NCBI GenBank assembly: GCA_964592405.1
Contig: CAZQBY010000011.1
Location: forward strand, 1-19,995
Origin: an uncultured archaeon
Lineage (GTDB): Archaea > Altiarchaeota > Altiarchaeia > JAFGQM01
Length of the DNA: 19,995 nucleotides
Direction: 5' to 3'
The position numbers were made by a program, and so were the translations under genes. Position 1 is the first letter of the stretch; every line of letters begins with the position of its first letter. The notes under the pieces were generated by a model. That model searched no databases and had not been told where the DNA came from. It saw only the letters and a list, made by a program, of their open reading frames with translations. Shown in pieces: positions 9,001 to 14,155 of this stretch.

Positions 9001-11383
9001 CCCACGTGTCCGTGTCCGGCGGGACGCTTGTGGTCCCTCCCAGCTGGGTCCAGGAAGCGTCCAGCCACCAGTCCGCCCCGGCCTTTAGGACCCAGATAGA
9101 GTAATCGGTGGCGGAGGAGCCGTCCGTGTTTCCGTAATGGCTGAAGTTTATCTGCTGGATGCTGTCCACGGGCGACTCCGATAGGTCTATAGTGAAATCG
9201 TACCAGACGGTCATCTCGTCGCCGGGGCCTCCGTCGTCCGTCTGCCATTCGCTGCCCAACAGCTCGGTTATGGCCGTGTAGTCCGCTGAGGTCGCCTCGG
9301 TGTAATCGTTCCTGTTATTCCGGTTACCGCCGAACGGGAACACGTCCACCTCGGCCTCGTGGGCCCAACAGTCGGTGCCTATGTTGCAGGTGGCGAAGTT
9401 GTATGTGGTTGTGGCGGGGTCGATTATCTGGTCGAACTCGACGGGGGCACCGAGAACTTTCAAATCGAAGGTGTCACTGCTCCCGGTCAGGTTGGTCAAG
9501 TAGACCTTGTGCTCAGCCTCCGAGGAGATGCCCGCGAACGTGGCTATCTTCGTCCCGTTAGTCGTGTAGACCTCCACGGAAGCGAGAGAGCTGCTCCTCG
9601 CGTAGATGGTGATGTCCTTTGTGCTGTCCAGCTGCTGCCTGAAGGTGGCCCTGACGTAGTGGCCCTCAGGTATCTCCGGGCTCCACACGCCGTCGCGGTT
9701 GGCGGTCTCCGGGTAAACGTCCTCTATGAACTGCTTGTCCTCGTCCAAATGGAGCGCCTGCGCTATCTGGATGACCTCGCCGAAGCCTGGGTCCTCCGGG
9801 GTCATCCGGAAGGTGTACTCCTTACCCGGCTTCAGGCCCCTCTGGAAGAGCTCCCACTTGCCCAGACACTTCTGGGCTGCGAAATCCCAGTCCCTGCACT
9901 TGTAGAGGGCCGTCCCAGTCGCGGTCAGCGTGACATTGGCATAGTCAAACTCCATCTGCGTCGGGTCGATAGCGTAGACCTTGACGAAATCCCTCCCCGG
10001 GATTTTCTCCGGCTGGATTTCATCCAGGCCAAGGTCGAGCCCTGCTGAGAGGTTGAGGTTCGTGAAGGTTATGCTAGCGACAGGCGCTTGCTCAAGGGTG
10101 AGCTGCACTGAATTGTCCTTCAAAATGGCCACGGTCGCGTTGAGTTTCTGACCTCCACTCGTGGCGATGTTGAGCGCCTTCTCGATGTCCTTCGCCTTAA
10201 TGGGTGGCCCGGCCACAATGAAGCGCGCGGACAGGTTAAGTGGCTCGCATTCTATGTAGTACTTGCCGCGCTCGGTCGGCGAGTACAACAGGGAGAACGG
10301 ACCAGTCTGGGCCGGGAGGGGGTAGATAGTGTCGTCCGAGGGCGTCGTTATGGCGATGGTGCAGGACTCGTTCTCCGGCAGCCCCACGGTTATGTTGACC
10401 CTGTCGCCGAGCTTGTAGCTGTGCCTGTCTGTCGTCAGGTTGAAGGGCTGGAATTTCTTGCCGCGGGGCATCTTGTCCTGTGGGTGCTCCCTGGCAGTTA
10501 CGTTCACGACACTCATGTTGGATGGAAGTATCACAAAGCTCGTGGCCAAGACTCTAGTGCTCTCTTCGTATGCCAGGAGAGTCTGAACAGAATAGGCTCC
10601 GAGCTCGTCTGATGAGAATGCATATGTCGTATCGCCGTTGGCGACACCAATGGGATGTGATTTGCCATCCGGATAGATTATGGAAGTGGCAGATTTGACA
10701 GTTGGATCCGCCTTTATTCTTATGAGCACACTGTTGCCCGGAAGTATAACCTCATCATCCAGTGTGAGTGTGACATCGAGGAGTTCCTGTGGAATATTGG
10801 CAGATTGGTTGATAGGGGGTTGCTGTGTTTCGTTGGATGGAATTGTCTGGTTGATGGGTAGCTGTTCTGTTTCGTTTGCCGGCTGTCCGGTTTCGTTGGA
10901 TGGAATTGTCTGGTTGGCAGGGGGTTGTCCGGTTTCGTTGGATGGAATTGTCTGGTTGGGTAATTGGGTCTGGTTTTCTATACCCACCCTCTGAGAGGTT
11001 TGATTTTGGGGCAGGATAGAGAATGTTGTCATAAGAACCATAGACATGTTGGAAACGGAGAGATTTGAAGATGCTACATAATCTCCGGGAAGATTTGTTG
11101 CATAGCTGTAGTTGAAGCCGCCAAGATTATTGATTATGGGCGTAAATGTGTCGTTCGGCTCTTTTACAGTGAGTGATGTAATGGCTTCGGGCGGGGCATT
11201 AAGTGTTATAATAACGGATTCATTGGTGGTGTATATCTCCTTGTCGGTTGTCAGGTTGCTGGCTTGGAACAAAATGGTCAAAGGGTCTGTCTGTGTAAGG
11301 TTTGCGGCATAGGCTAATACTAAAGCCATGACGATTATGCACGCTCCGGCGATAATATAGCCCTTTTTCACTATTGCCCCCAT
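1..11383 (-). CDS. Giant secreted multidomain cell-surface glycoprotein/adhesin, >=3,794 aa, 3' end outside the window
   Basis: Manual translation from ATG at 11383 (MGAIVKKGYIIAGACIIVMALVLAYA-ANLT, a signal peptide; alternative GTG at 11371) stays open in one frame to position 2 (...NSPGNGTTEKSTTVT). The ORF track lists nothing in this frame, consistent with no stop in the window. The protein is rich in Asn/Thr/Ser/Trp/Cys with very dense N-x-S/T sequons. Confidence 0.93.
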   Translation of the reverse strand, partial: MGAIVKKGYIIAGACIIVMALVLAYAANLTQTDPLTILFQASNLTTDKEIYTTNESVIITLNAPPEAITSLTVKEPNDTFTPIINNLGGFNYSYATNLPGDYVASSNLSVSNMSMVLMTTFSILPQNQTSQRVGIENQTQLPNQTIPSNETGQPPANQTIPSNETGQPANETEQLPINQTIPSNETQQPPINQSANIPQELLDVTLTLDDEVILPGNSVLIRIKADPTVKSATSIIYPDGKSHPIGVANGDTTYAFSSDELGAYSVQTLLAYEESTRVLATSFVILPSNMSVVNVTAREHPQDKMPRGKKFQPFNLTTDRHSYKLGDRVNITVGLPENESCTIAITTPSDDTIYPLPAQTGPFSLLYSPTERGKYYIECEPLNLSARFIVAGPPIKAKDIEKALNIATSGGQKLNATVAILKDNSVQLTLEQAPVASITFTNLNLSAGLDLGLDEIQPEKIPGRDFVKVYAIDPTQMEFDYANVTLTATGTALYKCRDWDFAAQKCLGKWELFQRGLKPGKEYTFRMTPEDPGFGEVIQIAQALHLDEDKQFIEDVYPETANRDGVWSPEIPEGHYVRATFRQQLDSTKDITIYARSSSLASVEVYTTNGTKIATFAGISSEAEHKVYLTNLTGSSDTFDLKVLGAPVEFDQIIDPATTTYNFATCNIGTDCWAHEAEVDVFPFGGNRNNRNDYTEATSADYTAITELLGSEWQTDDGGPGDEMTVWYDFTIDLSESPVDSIQQINFSHYGNTDGSSATDYSIWVLKAGADWWLDASWTQLGGTTSVPPDTDTWVNRTLSSGFSTYIDGSGRITWLVFSNRASEDMRVEYAEMRVSYLSSVDIDWNWTHANGHNATTSFNSTTICVNASKAVNCTLHFNGTSYVNTTTGTNICWNFTNMGNGNYSSINATCESGGNHANTTNAWWNVSRNYTMHLTWTSWAGKNSTTSYNSTTIGLTSTNAAYCTLRRYSDNREWANGTFTTSPTWNQTNLPSSNHTYYAWCVRQQFNTANTTLAWWKPDTTPPVLSWTDWIGKNATTSTNSTTICLSSDDLVNCTLHFNGTAYRNTTTGTNICWNFTNMKDGNYSTINATCNNTVGLKSNTTNAWWNVSYQPDLTPPALDWNWTYANGHNATTEFNTTRVCVNASELVNCTLHINISGTVKAYPNSTVGTNICWNFTNMKNANYTLNVTCDDQSIYSNEANTTNAWWNVSWRYKLQIPVTLNPNPVATGSSVTVYGNVSYKGSYAPNNTIGIYLDNALITTFVDENVSSPDWWDLHWRYRRNLTISESTSIERRNEPIVVNLSNLTLLTADENCTKEIRVIDENGIPTRVQTVDNSSSAQQGAHWCKIAFRVNLTADQEKTFWVYYGNPDATDPGYDPVAYVWDDFENYEVGSDPWDSGWGTWKISDYHGNKVYNCSNTGGWDVGKYKSSTLSLRDYVFEGDTMMRDWGGSAYNAKTEFYTRFDGSSYKFLSMLMINDDYRSFGKEDSSGYQTLFEGGYSFSLNRWYRLKTVNNDTVSRMFIDYSQQTRQTYNSADLADGAAALVCAWAECLFDNVTLWTNNTHTYSTPSDVSIGSEQYYLRTDFDGKYNYTFTAPSTAGDYTIKVNSTYNIYGENTSTLTVMDTTPAALDWNWTDVNDTTGHNSTTVCVNASKTVNCTLHVNISGVIHSYPNSTSGKNICWNLTNMPDAYYYPINATCHTEVSIESNTTNAWWNVSEDDKTPPNINWKWSQINTTIGTTWTKICVNSSQPKERINCTFHFNGTDYVNETVAEVVCYNITGKSNGNYSSINVTCEDISDNSNTTTNAWVKINLVDTDNPQITIISPRNNSFQCIQMTVNVSVSDTSGISTVKYRISNATWASSWTSMSLGSGTIYNGYWNATVDFSGMDYGKYNITINATDLAGNHNTTEWNHFEFPSTIVWVDRDNSGTDSVNDTISIYNDYANLTFRYQDVKISSENGYSIDTFTYRDEVLLENTPYYQQQRLLNDNADPPNYLFGVTMIATPYGSDNYQQLWGQGGKPRGVALNLYQQHQIIHDGCVLNLSTPQRTFSSTWADGITIGTQTNFTLYTNATIHIVDTITNKLASADDILRYIIFPGRRIISSFFSDVNRNNNPYGPNYVRRIKPVAYSDSYIGYAKNYGPNNYGGGTIQIYRNMEPNPPWADEEALFVQTLYVLNRSTSLAPSAKSTISLDFVVEDTNVSTYYSNYLASNGISYSNFHYEEVRDAFTDQSVLDTCFHSDGYAETAYYTGEDDNDDPPNDTSDWNNVFVSKSLMAMFYKTGDTYYLNKAKGHNAYLNKTLRYNEKDYSASDWRYGYFKDATRPGVMVAGQAGDDNIDENWYKDVTAYMWSQPHQLAGFIAEYMYTHNASARRIIMRNIEGLYKKTTPGSMGGLWNETKYRWKWLIQTDGSDKNYVDSDNWDAQMLGINTMLQAYMFTNNQSYLNRATSVAENYTYVFQRPVWMLEDTRKVVTFNTQSYTANTLYLLYDITGNKTYKEWGNDIMDHVIYSGVFMDKFPDEYYWMTGGLSRMSHDWESPSIPVTNGDSGVFADYNMIPWTLTAVINAYKHTGNELYLNVSKQLLWHILRSNARNDSVRVIDYFENNNVTWTASDGTQSVGFSETQKKRDMKSLQWTFTQSGSDNNLKYISRPVSGSGENAFADWDQFTDLTFWFYTTETAPNYYISLKNSGSWVLDKYDFSSQLSSGWSLVEIDISGLSRSNIQTVNFSIDGSDFGNGAHTFYIDDLRINRTRTSSLSSEYNAYTDLWYDQDSGQTLVANLLSVAQIGTLVNGSRVEQSELMLFDRDSYMQLYNVFTNHTFNATVHLRRNFTHAWNANTSTLTLFTDDFGNVTIGPMEEVYILNGTFVLEEERPSGTDNITYLYDEAGHLIDSSVDIYFNSSSSFDDGSDLTMMIDSLAASNITLNTTKFNMSFEPYSFNFISHDGHFNVEEILQCSGPVTQTCFTYVQDGSVYNVTIYNLTVEPGTEGNNITHTGPDTTPPILTWNWADINSTLTQTNKTKICVDSNEVVNCTLIFAGTRYVNTTTGTQICWWRKGLSNGNYTPINATCDDESGNNANTTNAWIRIAVGEISACTELSHSGWTYTLSSDITTDHTCFNITADNVVFDCSSHHIDGGAVAEIAINSTTSNVTIKNCYIEDFVSSAVKISASNVTVQNITVDDPYCGVNITADNVTVINSTINNNTIGIAAKAVVNITISNNTLWNNSNYGIRFTNTNSSTIDDNDLKTQHSDTTYAIHMTDSDSVDIKNNTIEWNATGGSSYSYAIYVYVNSGKTAGSNNITNNTLAINSGNYIAYGVFLWNSGTSDYNTIRDNTFDLNASSEIYGVYLDNSGTSMSSNTIRDNTFDLNASSTAYGVYLTNGGTSMSSNTIRDNTFDLNALSTNGVYLSNEGTSDSNTIRDNTFDLNASSFAYGVYLDNSGTSMNSNTIQNETMNITSASSTSYFRSYGIYLYGADSTNVSACTINATAPNAKSAGIYLESGADSNRFWDNTVTGGNYSLYIVSSGTNTFWNNTFQNAYNTEINDSSGVGYTNYFHYQNSHGIINWTSSSFRQNLSTKGDLTFGESDATKHNIIIGNNTAYLAPAFTSPWDGINSTANITLYEIDEWGFSNPVILRNGEVCNDQTTPSCHAYTSLDAATVIFKVSAWSNYTIGEGDTTAPELEWNWTYANGHNSTTAFNSTTINITASEDVNCTLYFNGTAYPNSTVGTYISWNFTNMPNGNYSTINATCEDSSANHANTTNAWWNVSYVPDNFPNVTLNSPGNGTTEKSTTVT
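760..2115 (-). other. Right-handed parallel beta-helix (NosD/PbH1/pectin-lyase-like) domain
   Basis: Cap ISACTELSHSGWTYTLSSDI...TCFNITADNVVFDC, followed by repeated GIxL...NxTIxNN rungs. Confidence 0.85.
1036..1442 (-). repeat. In-frame tandem repeat of 84-90 bp beta-helix rungs (about 4.5 copies)
   Basis: Anchor tgcgttcaagtcaaaagtgttgtc at 1100, 1184, 1274 and 1364 (spacing 84, 90, 90). It encodes GVYLxNxGTS(D/MS)xNTIRDNTFDLNA. Confidence 0.92.
3135..3600 (-). other. CBM11/CIA30-like galactose-binding beta-sandwich
   Basis: VIDYFE...KSLQWTF...DWDQFTDLTFWFY...GWSLVEIDISGL...NIQTVNFSI...TFYIDDLRI. Confidence 0.65.
3610..4610 (-). other. (alpha/alpha)6 six-hairpin glycosidase-like barrel domain
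   Basis: Five repeated helix-hairpin motifs: LMAMFYKTGDTYYLNKA, FIAEYMYTHNASARRII, MLQAYMFTNNQSYLNRA, LYLLYDITGNKTYKEWG, VINAYKHTGNELYLNVS. Confidence 0.7.
6700..7570 (-). other. DUF2341-like domain followed by a ConA-like lectin/glucanase (DUF1080-like) domain
   Basis: WWDLHWRYRRNLTI...EIRVIDENG...KTFWVYYGNPDA is the DUF2341 pattern. It is followed by WDDFE...RDYVFEGD...LNRWYRLK...MFID...CLFDNVTL, a ConA-like beta-sandwich pattern. Confidence 0.65.
10220..11260 (-). other. Three MG2-like/Ig-like N-terminal domains of the giant protein
   Basis: Domain starts LTTDKEIYTTNESVII, LTLDDEVILPGNSVLI and LTTDRHSYKLGDRVNI resemble the TDKxxYxxGxxV motif of macroglobulin MG2-type Ig domains. Each ends with a G-x-Y strand. 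Confidence 0.55.
10827..10958 (-). repeat. Three identical 27-bp repeats encoding the NQTIPSNET linker
   Basis: gtttcgttggatggaattgtctggttg occurs at 10827-10853, 10890-10916 and 10932-10958, in frame within a Pro/Gln/Asn-rich linker. Confidence 0.9.
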
Positions 11384-11450
11384 TAAGTCTACCTAAAGCT
11401 ACCTACATCTAGCCTGAGCTAGCTTATCTACTTTCATGCTACGCTACCAC
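11384..11450 (-). repeat. Degenerate 10-nt-period TAG repeat array in the 5' leader of the giant gene
   Basis: Minus strand reads GTGGTAGCGTAGCATGAAAG-TAGATAAGC-TAGCTCAGGC-TAGATGTAGG-TAGCTTTAGG-TAGACTTA-ATG, which contains nine TAG. Confidence 0.6.
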
Positions 11451-11498
11451 CCAATAAGGGGTCCACCATCCCCAAAAGGTTGGAAATATAATGGAGTG

Positions 11499-11515
11499 GT
11501 TAATAAAAACATTTA
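11499..11515 (-). promoter_or_regulatory. Putative TATA box for the giant gene
   Basis: Minus strand AAATGTTTTTATTAACC about 120 nt upstream of the ATG, just after the stop of the 420-aa gene. Confidence 0.45.
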
Positions 11516-11523
11516 GCTGAAAT

Positions 11524-12786
11524 CTAATAGCCAGACAATCCTGATCGTCTCCGCCTGCCCCCCCTGCGCCTTCTGACGTTTATTATGCGTATGGCAAAGA
11601 GCGCTACGATTATGACTATCAGGAGGATGATTACCCATGTGTAGTCGGCCCCAGCCGGAGGTGCTTCCTCCTCCTCTTCCGGAGCCTCGGAAACCACCCT
11701 CTGGTTGACATTGAGTATGGTGCTTTTCTCCTCCGTTATCTTGCCGGAGTAGTAGACAATACCGATTATCTCATATTTGCCAACCTCCTGTGGCTTGTAG
11801 AATGCAGTCAGGTTCACGGTCTCACCTACCTCAACCCTCATCTCCTCGCTTTCTACAACATCCTTGAGAGCACCGTCAAGGAGTATCTGGAACTTGGCCT
11901 TGGCCATTGTCACCATTTCGCCTATGTTGCTGAATATGGCATCTATGCGGGATGTGTCGCCGACCTGTGTCCAGACGCTGGATCTGACCGAGTTTAGAAC
12001 CCCCTTTACCCTCAGGGCCCCGCGCTCCAGATAATCAAATGTCATGATCTCCTGCCCAATCTGCCGGCCGTCCTGATACATGGTTATTCTCGCCCAGTAT
12101 TGGCCGAGTTTTAGATCATCTGTCGGGATTGTTATGAGGATTTCTTCTCTGGCTGTTGGCAGGATTTCTGTCTCAGAGTAATCCACGGATTTGACGACTT
12201 TCTGCTTCATCTGGTCGAGTATTTCAACCTTTATCTCCGGTCTTATTCTGACGTTGCCTGTGTTGATTGCCGTTAGCTTGACTTCTATCGGATTGCCCTC
12301 CTCTATGTCCTTAACCTCAATATTCTGGTATGTCCACCGCTTTATCTCGCGGTCGGTTATTATGGCTGTTGTCTTTATGGCAGCTGCAGCGCCAATGCCA
12401 ATAGCTGTGCCCTCCTCAGCGTAAACCTCTTTGGGCTTTAGGGCTACATATATCAAACCCTTATATTCTCCATTGGAAACATCATCCGGTGGGCGTATGA
12501 ATGCCCTGATCTTGGTTAGTGTCCTGCCCTCAACCTCAAAGGTGTTTGTATCAAAGGACACCCAGTCCCAGTCCTCACCGTCCTCCCATTTTGCATAAAC
12601 CCTTCCCACAAGGGTCTGCCTTCCGGAGCTGCTGATTGTGATTTGCTGCTCCGCATATCCACCACGCAGGAGATTTTTGAATGTGATTGTTCCGGGGCTC
12701 ACACCAACGCTGATTGCACCGCAGTTTGGCAGGAGGATAGATAACCCTATAAGGAAAATCAACAGACATATTATCTTTGATTTCAT
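11524..12786 (-). CDS. Membrane-anchored multi-Ig surface protein, DUF916/DUF3324 (WxL-interacting protein)-like, 420 aa
   Basis: Signal peptide, then VGVSPGTITF...PPDDVSNGEYKGLI...INTGNVRIRP...ILP...LGQYWARI, an acidic linker, a C-terminal TM helix (WVIILLIVIIVALFAI) and an Arg-rich tail. Confidence 0.8.
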   Translation of the reverse strand: MKSKIICLLIFLIGLSILLPNCGAISVGVSPGTITFKNLLRGGYAEQQITISSSGRQTLVGRVYAKWEDGEDWDWVSFDTNTFEVEGRTLTKIRAFIRPPDDVSNGEYKGLIYVALKPKEVYAEEGTAIGIGAAAAIKTTAIITDREIKRWTYQNIEVKDIEEGNPIEVKLTAINTGNVRIRPEIKVEILDQMKQKVVKSVDYSETEILPTAREEILITIPTDDLKLGQYWARITMYQDGRQIGQEIMTFDYLERGALRVKGVLNSVRSSVWTQVGDTSRIDAIFSNIGEMVTMAKAKFQILLDGALKDVVESEEMRVEVGETVNLTAFYKPQEVGKYEIIGIVYYSGKITEEKSTILNVNQRVVSEAPEEEEEAPPAGADYTWVIILLIVIIVALFAIRIINVRRRRGGRRRRSGLSGY

Positions 12787-12859
12787 TTTTTGGTTACCAG
12801 AATTCCATCAGAAACTCATATAATATAAAATCCGGATAATTAAGGAAAATATTATATAA

Positions 12860-12905
12860 AAATGTATAAAAATGGAAAGGAAAAGAATAAAAAAGAAAAG
12901 GGGGA
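12860..12905 (-). terminator. Oligo-T archaeal terminator after the 322-aa gene
   Basis: Minus strand CCCCCTTTTCTTTTTTATTCTTTTCCTTTCCATTTTT directly after the TGA at 12914. Confidence 0.6.
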
Positions 12906-12913
12906 TTAACAGA

Positions 12914-13882
12914 TCACCCCTTGACTGCCGTATAGGTTGCCCAGCCGGTACATGTGCCGGACACACCAGACGGTACTTTCAAGGTCAGATAGGTCTCTGT
13001 GTTGTTTGGCCCTCCACCGAGCCCGGTCGCATCCTCGGAAAAGTCAAAGTTCGTCGCAAAGCCACCACATGTGCTCGCCGGGTTGAAATCCATCTTGCAG
13101 CAGTCAAGCCATTCCTGCTCGGTGTCGCACTTGCCTGAGCCGGCACCGCCCGTATCTGCAGAATTGTTGTATGCTATCTGCTGGGGGGTTATGTTCAGAG
13201 AACCAGGCCCTGTGCAGGTCATGTTTGTTGCGTTTATCTGAAGATCAAACCGCACATTGCCCGTGTTGTTGACCTCTACTGTTTCCTCGCTTATCTGACC
13301 GACCTGCATTGTTCCCCAGTTTACTGAATCAGTGATGTTCATGGCAAGCAGATCGTTTACGGTCACGTTCGTAAAGTTATAGTCCTTGTTGCCACTTGCA
13401 TCCCTAGCTATAATCCATGCGGTGAAGTTGCCCTCATCACTTGTTGCCTCTGCATACCACCAGACCGTAAATGAGCACTCAACATCAAGGGTGTTGCCGT
13501 TCTCGTTTGAGTAGGTGCACGAAACGTTGTGGTAACACGACGAATTGTCCTTGCCTACCAAACCGTCGCTCTTACATGTCTGGAGGGTCTCCGTCAGGTT
13601 GAGCATCAGAGAGGCATTTACATCGCCCTGCTGAGAGATATCCTGATAGCCGTTTGGATCATATATTTCCGCTGAACACACAAGTATGGTAGAGTCGAAC
13701 AGACCACTTGCATTCAGGGTTAGCGGATTTGGGTTACAGGTTACTGTATGCACCTGCGGCGGGTTGTTTGTTATGGATACCTGCAGCGGGATTGTCTCCT
13801 TATAGGCAGACAATGCCAGCTGCGAGCCTAATATTATGCTAAATAATAATAGGCTCATACCTATTATCAGTCTTTTGGTCAT
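12914..13882 (-). CDS. Secreted Cys-rich glycoprotein, putative pilin/WxL/TasA-like structural subunit, 322 aa
   Basis: Signal peptide, no TM anchor, 12 Cys and about 15 N-x-S/T sequons. The C-domain reads VNWGTMQVG...VNNTGNVRFDL...TYLTLKVPSGVSGTCTGWATYTA. SD-like AGGTG upstream. Confidence 0.85.
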   Translation of the reverse strand: MTKRLIIGMSLLLFSIILGSQLALSAYKETIPLQVSITNNPPQVHTVTCNPNPLTLNASGLFDSTILVCSAEIYDPNGYQDISQQGDVNASLMLNLTETLQTCKSDGLVGKDNSSCYHNVSCTYSNENGNTLDVECSFTVWWYAEATSDEGNFTAWIIARDASGNKDYNFTNVTVNDLLAMNITDSVNWGTMQVGQISEETVEVNNTGNVRFDLQINATNMTCTGPGSLNITPQQIAYNNSADTGGAGSGKCDTEQEWLDCCKMDFNPASTCGGFATNFDFSEDATGLGGGPNNTETYLTLKVPSGVSGTCTGWATYTAVKG

Positions 13883-13965
13883 CTTTACACCTGTTTTTGT
13901 ATTTTATTATTTGTATAATGGGTTTATTTTTATGGGTTTTTAAATTTGTGCTAAATATATAGGAG

Positions 13966-13986
13966 CTTCTATAAAAAGCTTTTCAT
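13966..13986 (-). promoter_or_regulatory. BRE/TATA promoter of the surface-gene cluster
   Basis: Minus strand GAAAAG-CTTTTTATAG (purine-rich BRE plus TATA) immediately after the nop10 stop. Confidence 0.6.
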
Positions 13987-13990
13987 TTGG

Positions 13991-14155
13991 CTAGGTCCTG
14001 TTCCTCCTGCGAAGGTCTCCATATTTGTCCTCCGGGCTGTAACGGGGCGGAGCCGAACTGAGGGTTTTTTCCTGACACTTTGGACAGAGCCCGCTGAGTG
14101 TATATGTCCCACATGCGGGACATTTCCTGATGAGGGTTTTCATCCTGGATATCAT
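13991..14155 (-). CDS. nop10: H/ACA RNP protein Nop10, 54 aa (not in ORF track)
   Basis: MISRMKTLIRKCPACGTYTLSGLCPKCQEKTLSSAPPRYSPEDKYGDLRRRNRT has the CxxC-YTL-CPxC zinc ribbon and PPRYSPEDKYG motif. ATGA overlap with the aIF2-alpha stop; alternative start at 14143. Confidence 0.95.
   Translation of the reverse strand: MISRMKTLIRKCPACGTYTLSGLCPKCQEKTLSSAPPRYSPEDKYGDLRRRNRT

Noticed and set aside
434-11312. Numerous short plus-strand and alternative-frame ORFs in the track
   Set aside because: They are antisense or off-frame shadows of the giant gene; their Val/Gly-rich composition mirrors its Asn/Thr codons.
11524-11700. PGF-CTERM/PEF-CTERM archaeosortase signal on the 420-aa protein
   Set aside because: The TM helix and basic tail are present, but no PGF/PEF tripeptide precedes the helix.
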